Of a stretch of DNA of 64,000 bases, positions 17,831-27,326 are shown in pieces. This DNA is from Bacilli bacterium (lineage in GTDB: Bacteria > Bacillota_I > Bacilli_A > RFN20 > CAG-826). The stretch spans positions 17,109-81,108 of the forward strand of contig JAZLFJ010000053.1 in the NCBI GenBank assembly GCA_045615665.1. Direction: 5' to 3'. A model generated the notes under the pieces. It was not told the DNA's origin and ran no database searches. It worked only from the letters and a program-made list of their open reading frames with translations. Every line of letters begins with the position of its first letter. Positions within the stretch are counted from its first letter, which is position 1. A program made the translations under genes and the position numbers.

Positions 17831-19501
17831 ATGGATGCAAAAGTATTTATGGAGGCTCTCGATGAAATCGAGGCTACCAAGGGCATTTCTAAGCAATCAG
17901 TTTTAGAAGCCTTAAAAGAAGCACTTCGCAAAGCTCTTGAAAAGAACCTTTTCGGTGGTGCTTATGAAGGAAGCGATATTCGCGTTGAAATTAGCGAAGA
18001 TCCTGCTTCAATCGAAATGAAATATGTTCGTAAAATTGTTGAAGGAGAAGTCGAAGACGATTTCTTAGAAATTTCTCTTGAAGACGCTAACAAAACTAAA
18101 AAAGGCAAAAAGTATGTCGCTGGGGACGAATATGTTCAATATATTAAGCCAGAAGAGATGGCACGTTTAACAGCTTTAACTGTTAAATCTGTCTTAAGAC
18201 AAAAATTAGCCGAAGCCGAAAAGCAAAACCTTTACGAAACTCACAAAGACAAAATCGGTGAGATGATCACTGGTACTGTTGAAAAATGTGATGATCGTGG
18301 CGCAATTGTAAATATTGGTCGCTCATCACTTTATTTAACCCGTAAAGATTTAATCGGTGATGAAATGTTTGATGCAGGTGCATCAGTTAGACTTTATGTT
18401 AGTGATGTTTCAAGCGGTGAACAAGGTAAGAGCCCAATGGTCAAGGTTTCCCGTTCTGATCCAGGCTTTTTACGTCGCCTCTTCGAGGAAGAGGTTAGAG
18501 AAATCTATGATGGCACAGTCATCATCAAATCTTTAGCACGTGAAGCTGGTATTAGATCTAAAGTTGCGGTTTATAGCAACGATCCTAACGTCGACTCTGT
18601 TGGTGCCTGTATCGGTGTCAATGGTTCTGCCATTCAAAAAATCATCGCTCAACTTGGTAATAGCCGCGATAAAGAAAAAATCGATATTATCTCTTATTCT
18701 CCTAATGATTATTTATTTATTATTGATACCCTTAGACCTGCGACTGTCTTAAAGATTGGTATCTATGAAAACGAAGAAGGTAGGAAATGTGCTACTGTCA
18801 TCGTTCCAGATGGACAATCTTCTTTAGCAGTTGGCCGTAAAGGTGCTAATGTACGTGTCGCCTGTAAATTAACTGGCTATAAGATCGATATCTTAGAAGA
18901 AAGCCACGAAGCTGAAGCAAGCGTTGCTCTTAAGAGTGTTGAACAAGTTCAACAAGAAGAAAAAGAAAGAGCTCAAAAAGAAAAATACGAAAACTATCTT
19001 GCTAAAATCAAAGCTAGTAGAGCGGAAGAAGTTTCTAATAGTGCAACAACTGCAGGTGTTGAAAAAGCTAAACCACAAAAGATTCTTGATGAAGAAATTA
19101 AAGAAGAAGTTAAGCCTGAAGAAGTTAAGCCTGAAGAAGTCAAACCTCTTGAAGAAGAGAAAACTCCTGAAACGAAAGAAACCCCAGTTGTTAAACCAAC
19201 CGTGGTTAAGACCACAACAACTCTTGCTTCTTTAGAAGCATCTCTTGAATCTGATAAGAAGAAAGAAGAATTTAAAGCTACTCAAAAGACTAGCAAACGT
19301 CCACGTAAGATTACTGAAGACGAAGTTAAACACGAAGAGGAAAAAGAAGAAGTCAAGAAACCACTTCAACCTCAAATGGAAATCTACACCAAAGAGGAAC
19401 TCGAAGAACTCGAAAACGAGGAACTCTATGAAGAAGATGACTACGAAGATGAAGAAATCGACTTCGATGATTTCGATAAATATTACGACGACGAAAATTA
19501 A
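17831..19501 (+). CDS. nusA: transcription termination/antitermination factor NusA with a long K/E-rich C-terminal extension
   Basis: NusA N-terminal domain, S1 and KH domains recognisable; about 200 aa of low-complexity tail. Confidence 0.9.
   Translation: MDAKVFMEALDEIEATKGISKQSVLEALKEALRKALEKNLFGGAYEGSDIRVEISEDPASIEMKYVRKIVEGEVEDDFLEISLEDANKTKKGKKYVAGDEYVQYIKPEEMARLTALTVKSVLRQKLAEAEKQNLYETHKDKIGEMITGTVEKCDDRGAIVNIGRSSLYLTRKDLIGDEMFDAGASVRLYVSDVSSGEQGKSPMVKVSRSDPGFLRRLFEEEVREIYDGTVIIKSLAREAGIRSKVAVYSNDPNVDSVGACIGVNGSAIQKIIAQLGNSRDKEKIDIISYSPNDYLFIIDTLRPATVLKIGIYENEEGRKCATVIVPDGQSSLAVGRKGANVRVACKLTGYKIDILEESHEAEASVALKSVEQVQQEEKERAQKEKYENYLAKIKASRAEEVSNSATTAGVEKAKPQKILDEEIKEEVKPEEVKPEEVKPLEEEKTPETKETPVVKPTVVKTTTTLASLEASLESDKKKEEFKATQKTSKRPRKITEDEVKHEEEKEEVKKPLQPQMEIYTKEELEELENEELYEEDDYEDEEIDFDDFDKYYDDEN
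19103..19147 (+). repeat. three tandem 15-nt repeats encoding (EEVKP)x3 within the nusA tail
   Basis: gaagaagttaagcct x2 followed by gaagaagtcaaacct. Confidence 0.8.
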
Positions 19502-19549
19502 TTATTCTTTATTTATTAATTAAGGGTTTATCCCTAGAAAGGTGGTTTT

Positions 19550-21382
19550 ATGGGTAAATATAACGATAATAGACGCGCTAACATTCCTAGCAAGAATACA
19601 AAGAAAGACGGTCTTAATAAAGTCAATAATGGTGTCTTTGTTTACACCCGCAATATGAGCGTTGGTGAACTTGCAAAAGAATTAGGCATTAACGTCAATG
19701 AAATTATTAAATTTCTTTTCATAGAAAAGAAGATGATGGTTACAATCAACCAAACTCTCGATGATGAAGCGATTGGTTTAATCTGCTTACAATTCGGTTA
19801 TGATTTCAAAAAAGAAAAGATCGTCAGCGAGGAAAACTTTGAAGAAGTCGAAATCGTTGATAAACCTGAAGATTTACTTTCAAGAGCTCCTGTTGTCACC
19901 ATCATGGGCCATGTCGACCATGGTAAAACCACCCTCATCGACGCCATTAGAAGTTCCCACCTTGTCGATAGTGAAGTTGGTGGTATTTCCCAAGCCATCG
20001 GTGCTTATCAAAAAGAAATCAACGGTCAAAAGATCACCTTCTTAGACACTCCAGGACACGAAGCTTTCACTGCGATGCGTTCGCGTGGTGCTTCAGTCAC
20101 CGATATCGTCGTTTTAGTGGTTGCTGCCGATGATGGAGTCATGCCTCAAACAATTGAAGCAATTGACCACGCTAAAGCAGCTAAAGTGCCAATAATCGTT
20201 GCTATCAATAAAATTGATAAACCTGGAGCAGATCCAGATAGAATCAAGACTGAACTCATGAATTATGATATCATCGCTGAAGAATATGGCGGCTCAAATA
20301 TCTGTCTCGAAATTTCAGCGAAGAAAAATATTGGTATTAAAGAGCTCCTTGAATCGATCCTTTTAGTAGCGGAAATGCAAGAGCTTAAAGCTAATCCTAA
20401 TCGCTATGCGATTGGTACCGTTATCGAAGCTAATCTAGATAAAGGCGAAGGTCCTAAAGCAACATTACTTGTTGAAAACGGAACACTTAATTTCCAAGAT
20501 TATGTCGTCGTTGGAACTGCGTATGGCAAAATTCGTAGGATGACTAACGAATATAAGAAGATTTTAAAAGAAGCTAAACCTTCCACACCATGTTCAGTCA
20601 TCGGTTTAAGTGAAGTTCCAAATGCTGGCGATAAATTTATGGCGTTCCCAACTGAAAAGCAAGCTAAAGAAATCGCTCAAAAACGTGCTTTAGCTAAGAA
20701 AGCCAATGAACAAAGCGAACAAGCTCAAGCTTCACTTGAGAAAATTTTCTCTAAAATCCATGAATCAAATGGTGAAGTTCAAGAAGTTAACATCATCTTA
20801 AAAGCGGATACGACTGGTTCAGCTGAAGCAGTTAAAGCCTCTTTAGATAAACTTTCAAATGAACAAGTTCATATTAATGTTATCCATTCTAGTGCTGGTG
20901 CTATCACTGAAAGTGATATTATGTTAGCCCAAGCTTCCGGAGCCATCATTTATGGCTTCAATGTTCGTCCTGCCGCTATCATCAATCAAAAAGCAGAACA
21001 AGCTGGTGTGGAAATCCGCCTCCATCGCATTATCTATGACTTAATTAATGAAATGGAAGATGCGATTAAAGGCATGTATAAGAAAGAGAAAGTCGAACAA
21101 GTCACAGGTCAAGCTGAAGTTCGCTCTTTAATCAAGATTTCTCGTGTCGGTACCGTAGCTGGAAGCTATGTTACTAGTGGAGTTATTAAAGCCGGTGCTT
21201 CCGTCCGTGTTTTACGTGATGGAGTCATCGTCTACGAAGGTAAATTAAATTCTCTAAAGAGATTTAAAGATGACGCTAAAGAAGTTAAAGAAGGTTTCGA
21301 ATGTGGTATGACAATTGAAAACTTTAATGACCTCAAAGAATTAGATATCATCGAAGCCTACGAAATGGTGGAAGCAAAATAA
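19550..21382 (+). CDS. infB: translation initiation factor IF-2
   Basis: G-domain motifs [13 protein letters not shown] and NKID; C-terminal IF-2 domains. Confidence 0.95.
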   Translation: MGKYNDNRRANIPSKNTKKDGLNKVNNGVFVYTRNMSVGELAKELGINVNEIIKFLFIEKKMMVTINQTLDDEAIGLICLQFGYDFKKEKIVSEENFEEVEIVDKPEDLLSRAPVVTIMGHVDHGKTTLIDAIRSSHLVDSEVGGISQAIGAYQKEINGQKITFLDTPGHEAFTAMRSRGASVTDIVVLVVAADDGVMPQTIEAIDHAKAAKVPIIVAINKIDKPGADPDRIKTELMNYDIIAEEYGGSNICLEISAKKNIGIKELLESILLVAEMQELKANPNRYAIGTVIEANLDKGEGPKATLLVENGTLNFQDYVVVGTAYGKIRRMTNEYKKILKEAKPSTPCSVIGLSEVPNAGDKFMAFPTEKQAKEIAQKRALAKKANEQSEQAQASLEKIFSKIHESNGEVQEVNIILKADTTGSAEAVKASLDKLSNEQVHINVIHSSAGAITESDIMLAQASGAIIYGFNVRPAAIINQKAEQAGVEIRLHRIIYDLINEMEDAIKGMYKKEKVEQVTGQAEVRSLIKISRVGTVAGSYVTSGVIKAGASVRVLRDGVIVYEGKLNSLKRFKDDAKEVKEGFECGMTIENFNDLKELDIIEAYEMVEAK

Positions 21383-21741
21383 TGGCAGATCGAAACGCGA
21401 GAATCCAATCTATAATCGCTAAAAATGTGACGGAAATAATTCAATTTGAATTAAAGAATCCTCGCATCGGTTTTTGTACTGTAAGCGAAGTCTGGGTCAG
21501 TAGCGATTTTTCTTACGCTAGAGTATATGTTTCCTTCCTAGGAGCAAAATATCCTAAGCAAAACCTCGAAGAGCTTAATAAAACAAGAGGTTACGTTAGA
21601 TCTTCTCTTGCTAAAAAATTAGATATAAGAAAAACTCCCGAAATATCATTCTATTTAGATGAAACTTACGATAAAGTTAATCATCTTGATGAGATTCTTA
21701 AAAAAGAAGCGGAAGATTTAAATAAAATCAAAAGCAAATAA
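21382..21741 (+). CDS. rbfA: ribosome-binding factor A
   Basis: RbfA-like sequence; start overlaps the infB stop. Confidence 0.85.
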   Translation: MADRNARIQSIIAKNVTEIIQFELKNPRIGFCTVSEVWVSSDFSYARVYVSFLGAKYPKQNLEELNKTRGYVRSSLAKKLDIRKTPEISFYLDETYDKVNHLDEILKKEAEDLNKIKSK

Positions 21742-21762
21742 AAAGGCTATAAGCCTTTTTTA
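21741..21762. terminator. bidirectional terminator
   Basis: AAAAGGCT-ata-AGCCTTTT hairpin followed by TT. Confidence 0.7.
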
Positions 21763-22851
21763 TCTATAATTATCAAATCCTAAGCTTTTGTAAAAGCCTT
21801 GATGTTTATCTTTTTTAATATAAATAGTTAATGGATTAATTAGATGTTCATAATATCTTTTTAGATGCATCATAACATCTTTACGAATCGTCTTATTTTC
21901 TCTAATTAGTTCTAAATCGTTAATAAATAATTCATCTTTACTAACTTTGATGGATAAAACCCCAGCAATCTTGTCTTTTTTATAAATCAAATATCTTTTA
22001 TATTTATCATCAAAGTTCTCACATCCGAGTTTATGACGAATCTCATGTTCTCTTCGGGCATCTTTTTCTAACATTATTGGCTTTAAAGATAAGTCTTTTC
22101 TTTCAATCTTCTCGTAAAAATCGGAATAAAAGAGTTGTTCTTTTTCATAATTTTCGAGCATCAAGAAGAAATTTTTCTTAGCAGATGGATATTTTTTATA
22201 GATTTCAGCGAGTAGATCCTTCATCTCTTTGCGCATCGTTTGTCCATCGTTAGGACAATGAGAAGGAAAAACAGGAACATTTTTTTCTTTAGCGCATCTA
22301 ACGATTTCAGATTCATGTACTAAAATAAGCGGTCTAACAAACTCAATATTTGATCTTTCTAGATACATTTTTGGTTGAAAAGTAGCGACTCTTCCTCCAA
22401 ATATTTCGTTCATGAATAAAGTTTCGATTGCATCATCACCATGATGAGCAAATGCAACTTTGTTGCATCCTAGCTCTTTAGCAGCTTTATTTATCGCTGC
22501 TTTCTTCATTCTTGAGCAGATGGAGCAGGGGAGATTTTTCGCTTCTTTCTGCTGCACTTTTAAGATTTTATAAACTTCTTTTGAATCGACAACTTTTAAA
22601 TCTAGACCAATCGAAGTGAAATATTTTTTGATAGGTTTAGCGTCGAATCCAGGAAAACCTAAATCTAAAATAGCAGGGACAATTTCAAAATTTGCGCATT
22701 TGAATTGCTTATATTGCGAGAGCGCTAAAGCAAGGACCATTGAGTCTTTGCCACCAGAAACACCGATCATCACTCGGTCTTTTTCATGGAAAAGATCAAA
22801 TTTTTGGTCCGCTTTTCTTATTAAGCCTAAAATTCCTCGAAGCGAATTCAT
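21760..22851 (-). CDS. ttcA: TtcA-like tRNA 2-thiocytidine PP-loop ATPase fused to a C-terminal GNAT-like domain
   Basis: SGGKDS PP-loop; Cys motifs PCSICSR and HCPNDG; C-terminal stretch of about 115 aa ending ...IYIKKDKHQGFYKSLGF, which is GNAT motif-B-like. Confidence 0.7.
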   Translation of the reverse strand: MNSLRGILGLIRKADQKFDLFHEKDRVMIGVSGGKDSMVLALALSQYKQFKCANFEIVPAILDLGFPGFDAKPIKKYFTSIGLDLKVVDSKEVYKILKVQQKEAKNLPCSICSRMKKAAINKAAKELGCNKVAFAHHGDDAIETLFMNEIFGGRVATFQPKMYLERSNIEFVRPLILVHESEIVRCAKEKNVPVFPSHCPNDGQTMRKEMKDLLAEIYKKYPSAKKNFFLMLENYEKEQLFYSDFYEKIERKDLSLKPIMLEKDARREHEIRHKLGCENFDDKYKRYLIYKKDKIAGVLSIKVSKDELFINDLELIRENKTIRKDVMMHLKRYYEHLINPLTIYIKKDKHQGFYKSLGFDNYR

Positions 22852-22880
22852 ATTTTATATAATATAATTATTAAATAAAA

Positions 22881-23726
22881 ATGATTAGCGGAAGTTTACT
22901 TATTGATAAAGAAAAAGGTCTCACTTCAAGACAAGAAGTGAATAATATTTCCTATCTTTTAAAAGAAAAGAAAGCAGGGCATATTGGCACTCTCGACCCT
23001 TTTGCGGATGGTCTTTTGATCGTTTTATTAGGCAAAGCCACCAAGATATCTCCCTTTTTAGAAGGAATGGATAAAACATATTTGGCTACTTTAAAACTCG
23101 GAAGTAAAACCGATAGTGGTGATTTAACTGGAAATATTATCGAAAATATGGACATTCCTTCTTTAACAAAAGAAGATTTAGAAAATGTTTTTAAATCATT
23201 TTTAGGAAAACAAACTCAAATTCCTCCAATGTATTCCGCTTTAAAAGTGAACGGAAAAGCATTATATAGATATGCTCGAGAAGGCAAAGAAATCGAACGT
23301 AAAAAGCGTGAGATTACAATCTATGAACTTAAGCTATTATCATATGAGAATAACGAAATTACTTTTATCAGCAAAGTTTCAAAAGGAACTTATATTCGTA
23401 CTTTAGGTGAAGATATTGCGGAGAAATTAGGAACTGTTGGTCATCTAACTAAATTGACAAGATTATCAATCGGACCATATTCATTAGAGCAAGCCAAAAA
23501 GACAAAGGATGTTAGTGAAATCGATCTTATTCCTACTTTAAAAATGCTATCGTTTATGAAATCTTTCGAAGTTGAGGGAGAATTATTAAAGAAAGCCTCC
23601 AATGGAATGCATTTCCGCCTCCCAATTGAAGATAAATTAGTGCTTCTTAAGAATAAGGATGAAGCAATTGCTATATATCAAAGAGAGTCATCTGGAGTAT
23701 ACTCTTGTTTAAGAGGTTTACAATGA
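22881..23726 (+). CDS. truB: tRNA pseudouridine(55) synthase
   Basis: motif GHIGTLDPFADGLL. Confidence 0.9.
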   Translation: MISGSLLIDKEKGLTSRQEVNNISYLLKEKKAGHIGTLDPFADGLLIVLLGKATKISPFLEGMDKTYLATLKLGSKTDSGDLTGNIIENMDIPSLTKEDLENVFKSFLGKQTQIPPMYSALKVNGKALYRYAREGKEIERKKREITIYELKLLSYENNEITFISKVSKGTYIRTLGEDIAEKLGTVGHLTKLTRLSIGPYSLEQAKKTKDVSEIDLIPTLKMLSFMKSFEVEGELLKKASNGMHFRLPIEDKLVLLKNKDEAIAIYQRESSGVYSCLRGLQ

Positions 23727-24610
23727 AAGTGGTTCACATCTATTATCAAAATATCTCCGCAAAAGTCGACGATTTATCGATTATTCTCGGTTATTTTGAT
23801 GGTGTTCATCTCGGTCATCAATACCTCATTAAAGAAGCTAGAAAATATGCAAAGTATCCTTTAGCCATTCTTACTTTTGATAAATCAGTTTCATCTTTAA
23901 TTAAAACTGGAAAGACGCCTGAAAATCTCACCAGTTTAGATGACAGATTCAAAATCATTTCGAAGTTAGGAGTGGATTATTATTATCTATTTCATATTGA
24001 TAAAGATTTTTTAAGTCTTAGCGATCTCGACTTTGTTGAATTATTAAAAAAATTAAATGTTAGAGAAATTTTTATTGGAGAAGATTTCCGTTTTGGAAAG
24101 AATCGAAAAGGCACCCCAAATCTTTTAAAAGATTTCTTTGATGTTAGAGTAGTAGATTTAAAGAAGGAAAACGGAGAAAAAATTTCTTCGCAAGAAATAA
24201 AAAATCTTCTTGAAATTGGTAATCTAAAAGAAGCAAATAAACTTCTCGGTCAAAATTATTCGATGGTGGGAGCACCGATAAGTGGAAAAGGAATAGGTCA
24301 CACAATTGGCTTCCCAACCTTAAACGTGAAATTATCTACAAATTATGTGCTTCCTCGCTTCGGTGTCTATAAAACAATTGCTTATTTAGATGGAGTTCCT
24401 CATTTATCGATTACAAATGTTGGGGTAAATCCAACGGTTGATGCCGGCAATCTTCCAAGTATTGAAGTGCATCTCAAAGACTATGATGAGAAAGAAATAT
24501 CTTCAATTTGCGTGGAATTTCTAGAATTTGTTCGTCCCGAAATCAAGTTTTCTTCTTTAGAAGAACTAAAAGAACAAATTTCCAAAGATGTCAAAGAAGT
24601 TTTTAAATGA
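23723..24610 (+). CDS. ribF: bifunctional riboflavin kinase / FAD synthetase
   Basis: GYFDGVHLGHQ motif; ATGA overlap with truB. Confidence 0.85.
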   Translation: MKVVHIYYQNISAKVDDLSIILGYFDGVHLGHQYLIKEARKYAKYPLAILTFDKSVSSLIKTGKTPENLTSLDDRFKIISKLGVDYYYLFHIDKDFLSLSDLDFVELLKKLNVREIFIGEDFRFGKNRKGTPNLLKDFFDVRVVDLKKENGEKISSQEIKNLLEIGNLKEANKLLGQNYSMVGAPISGKGIGHTIGFPTLNVKLSTNYVLPRFGVYKTIAYLDGVPHLSITNVGVNPTVDAGNLPSIEVHLKDYDEKEISSICVEFLEFVRPEIKFSSLEELKEQISKDVKEVFK

Positions 24611-24629
24611 CAAAAAACAACAAAAATTA

Positions 24630-24743
24630 GTTTGCAATTATATTGATCTTTATTATAATAATAAACGCAACTTAGTCTAAGATTAGCGAGCGCTCCGACG
24701 CTAACCATGGGTTAAGTCAAGATTAAAAGTAGGAGGGATAAAA
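24630..24743 (+). promoter_or_regulatory. rpsO promoter (TTGCAA...TATTATAAT) and a structured leader
   Basis: hexamers read from the sequence; GC-rich palindromic segment GCGAGCGCTCCGACGCT in the leader. Confidence 0.45.
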
Positions 24744-25010
24744 ATGTTATCCAAAGCTAAAATTGCCGAGATCGTTAAAAAATATGGCAAAGACGAAAAG
24801 GATACCGGCTCTGTCGAAGTCCAAATCGCTCTTCTTACCGAACAAATTAACGAACTCACCAAGCATCTTAAAGAAAACAAAAAAGATGCTTCAGGCAGAC
24901 GCGGATTATTCGTGTTAGTTGGTAAACGTCGTGGTTTACTCGATTATCTCAATCGTACCGACCGTGATAGTTACATCAAGCTCTTAACAGACCTTAAGAT
25001 CCGTAAATAA
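24744..25010 (+). CDS. rpsO: 30S ribosomal protein S15
   Basis: AGGAGGG RBS; S15 sequence. Confidence 0.95.
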   Translation: MLSKAKIAEIVKKYGKDEKDTGSVEVQIALLTEQINELTKHLKENKKDASGRRGLFVLVGKRRGLLDYLNRTDRDSYIKLLTDLKIRK

Positions 25011-25031
25011 TCAATGTTATATTGATAAATT

Positions 25032-25058
25032 AGATACCTATATAGGTATCTTTTTTAT
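25032..25058 (+). terminator. rho-independent terminator between rpsO and pnp
   Basis: AGATACCTAT-ATAGGTATCT hairpin followed by TTTTTTAT. Confidence 0.8.
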
Positions 25059-25164
25059 AATATTTTTCAAGATTATTTCGAAAAGAAAACTTTTTATATT
25101 TTTCACTATATATTCGAGTAACATAAATGTTAAAATATCAATAGTTTTTTAAAGGAGAAAATAA

Positions 25165-27324
25165 ATGAAAAAAACATTCGAATTAGATTTCGATGGCCGC
25201 AAGATTGTTGTGGAAGCTGGCGAAATAGCTAAGCAAACCAAAGCTGCGGTTTTAGTACGCTATGGCGATACTGTCGTTTTAAGTAACGTCACAATGTCAA
25301 AGCATACTGTTGATTGGGACTTTTTCCCACTCAGCGTTGAATACCAAGAAAGAATGTACGCTGCTGGTAAGATTCCTGGTGGATTCCTTAGAAGAGAATC
25401 TCGTCCAAGTTCACATGCTATCTTAGCAAGTAGAATTACCGATAGAACCATGCGTCCACTCTTCCCAGAAGGATTTAGAAACGAAGTTCAAGTCGTTTCT
25501 CAAGTTATGGCGGTTGATTATGACAATTCGCCAGAAATTACCGCTATGCTCGCAAGCTCATTATGCGTCTGCATCTCTGATGTTCCATTCAATGGTCCTA
25601 TCGCAGGTGTCTACGTTGGTAGAGTCGATGGCAAATTAGTTATCAACCCAACCGTCGAACAAAGAGCTAAATCCGATATCGATCTTTGCGTCGCTGGTAC
25701 TGAAGAAGCTATCAACATGGTTGAAGCTGGTGCTAACGAAGTTAGCGAAGAAGATATGCTCGATGCTTTAATGTTTGGTCATGAAGCTGTTAAGAAATTA
25801 TGTCGCTTCGAAAAAGAAATCATTAAAGAAATCGGTGTTGAAAAGAACAAAGACATTCAATTCAAGGTTGTCCCAGAAGAATTAAGAGCAGAAGTCACTG
25901 CTAAAGTTGATGAAAAGCTCCGCAAAGCTGTTTCAACCAAAGATAAACTCGAAAGAGAAGAAAAGATCGAAGCAATTGAAAAGGAAACCGAAGCAGAATA
26001 CGCCGAAAACGGTGCTGATCCAAAGGTTGTCCAACAAGTTCATGAAATTCAAGAAGACATCGTTCATAACGAAGTTCGTAGACTCATTGCTGAAGATAAG
26101 ATTAGACCAGATGGTCGTCGTCCAGATGAACTCCGTCCATTAGATGCTCAAGTTGACATCTTAGGTCGTAGAGTCCATGGTTCCGCAATGTTTACCAGAG
26201 GTCAAACTCAAGTTATCTCTGTTACAACCCTCGGACCATTAAGTGATGAACAAATCATTGATGATTTGACCCCAATTGAAAAGAAACGTTTCATGCATCA
26301 TTATAATTTCCCACAATGGTGCGTTGGCGGAACTGGTAAAATTGGCGTCTTAGCACGTCGTGAAATCGGTCATGGTGCTTTGGGTGAAAGAGCTCTTAGC
26401 TATGTCATCCCAAGCGAAGAAGATTTCCCATACACAATTAGAACAGTTTCCGAAGTCGTTGAATCAAATGGTTCTTCTTCACAAGCTAGTATCTGTGCTG
26501 GTTGTATGTCCCTTATGGCGGCAGGTGTTCCAATAAAGAGAATGGTCTCTGGTATCGCTATGGGTCTTATTTCAACTGGTTCATTAGATACAAACCCATA
26601 TACAATTCTCACTGATATTCAAGGTCTTGAAGATCACTTCGGTGATATGGACTTCAAGGTTGCAGGTACCGAAGTCGGTATTACTGCTTTACAAATGGAT
26701 ATTAAAATCGCTGGCGTTACTCGTGAAGTTTTACGTCAAGCTCTTGAACAAGCTCACAAAGCTCGTAAAGAAATCCGCGATGTTATGTCTAAAGCAATCG
26801 CTGAACCTCGTCCAGATGTCGCTGAATTCGCTCCAAAACTCGACAAGATGCAAATCGATGTCGATAAGATTAGAGAAGTTATTGGCACAGGTGGCAAGGT
26901 CATCAATGATATCATTGATAAATGCGACAAAGTTCAAATCGATATCGATGATGAAGGACATGTCGTTATCTATCATATGAACCGTGAAATGATCAACAAA
27001 GCAAAACAAATGATTGAAGATATCGTTCGTGAAGCCAAAGTTGGTGAAGTTTACGAAGGCGAAGTCACCAGAGTCGAAGATTATGGTGCATTCGTTAAAT
27101 TATTCGGTAATTGTGAAGGTTTATGCCACGTTTCAAGATTAGACTGGGGCTTTGTTGCTCGCGCTCAAGACAAAGTCAAAGTTGGCGATGTCTTAAAAGT
27201 CAGAGTCTGCGAAATTGATGATCATGGCAAAGTCAAAGTTTCACATCGTGAATTCATTGAAAAACCTGCTGGTTACATCGAAAAACCACAAGAAAAGAAA
27301 CCTTTCAAAGGTCATAAAAAATAA
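25165..27324 (+). CDS. pnp: polynucleotide phosphorylase
   Basis: two RNase PH domains, KH and S1; 719 aa. Confidence 0.95.
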   Translation: MKKTFELDFDGRKIVVEAGEIAKQTKAAVLVRYGDTVVLSNVTMSKHTVDWDFFPLSVEYQERMYAAGKIPGGFLRRESRPSSHAILASRITDRTMRPLFPEGFRNEVQVVSQVMAVDYDNSPEITAMLASSLCVCISDVPFNGPIAGVYVGRVDGKLVINPTVEQRAKSDIDLCVAGTEEAINMVEAGANEVSEEDMLDALMFGHEAVKKLCRFEKEIIKEIGVEKNKDIQFKVVPEELRAEVTAKVDEKLRKAVSTKDKLEREEKIEAIEKETEAEYAENGADPKVVQQVHEIQEDIVHNEVRRLIAEDKIRPDGRRPDELRPLDAQVDILGRRVHGSAMFTRGQTQVISVTTLGPLSDEQIIDDLTPIEKKRFMHHYNFPQWCVGGTGKIGVLARREIGHGALGERALSYVIPSEEDFPYTIRTVSEVVESNGSSSQASICAGCMSLMAAGVPIKRMVSGIAMGLISTGSLDTNPYTILTDIQGLEDHFGDMDFKVAGTEVGITALQMDIKIAGVTREVLRQALEQAHKARKEIRDVMSKAIAEPRPDVAEFAPKLDKMQIDVDKIREVIGTGGKVINDIIDKCDKVQIDIDDEGHVVIYHMNREMINKAKQMIEDIVREAKVGEVYEGEVTRVEDYGAFVKLFGNCEGLCHVSRLDWGFVARAQDKVKVGDVLKVRVCEIDDHGKVKVSHREFIEKPAGYIEKPQEKKPFKGHKK

Positions 27325-27326
27325 AA

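Noticed and set aside
18540-19523. Multiple + and - strand ORFs (18540-18752, 18893-19078, 18924-19235, 18994-19215, 19245-19523) inside or overlapping nusA
   Set aside because: They are artefacts of the K/E-rich low-complexity repeat region, read in alternative frames. They have no RBS and lie fully inside a well-supported gene.
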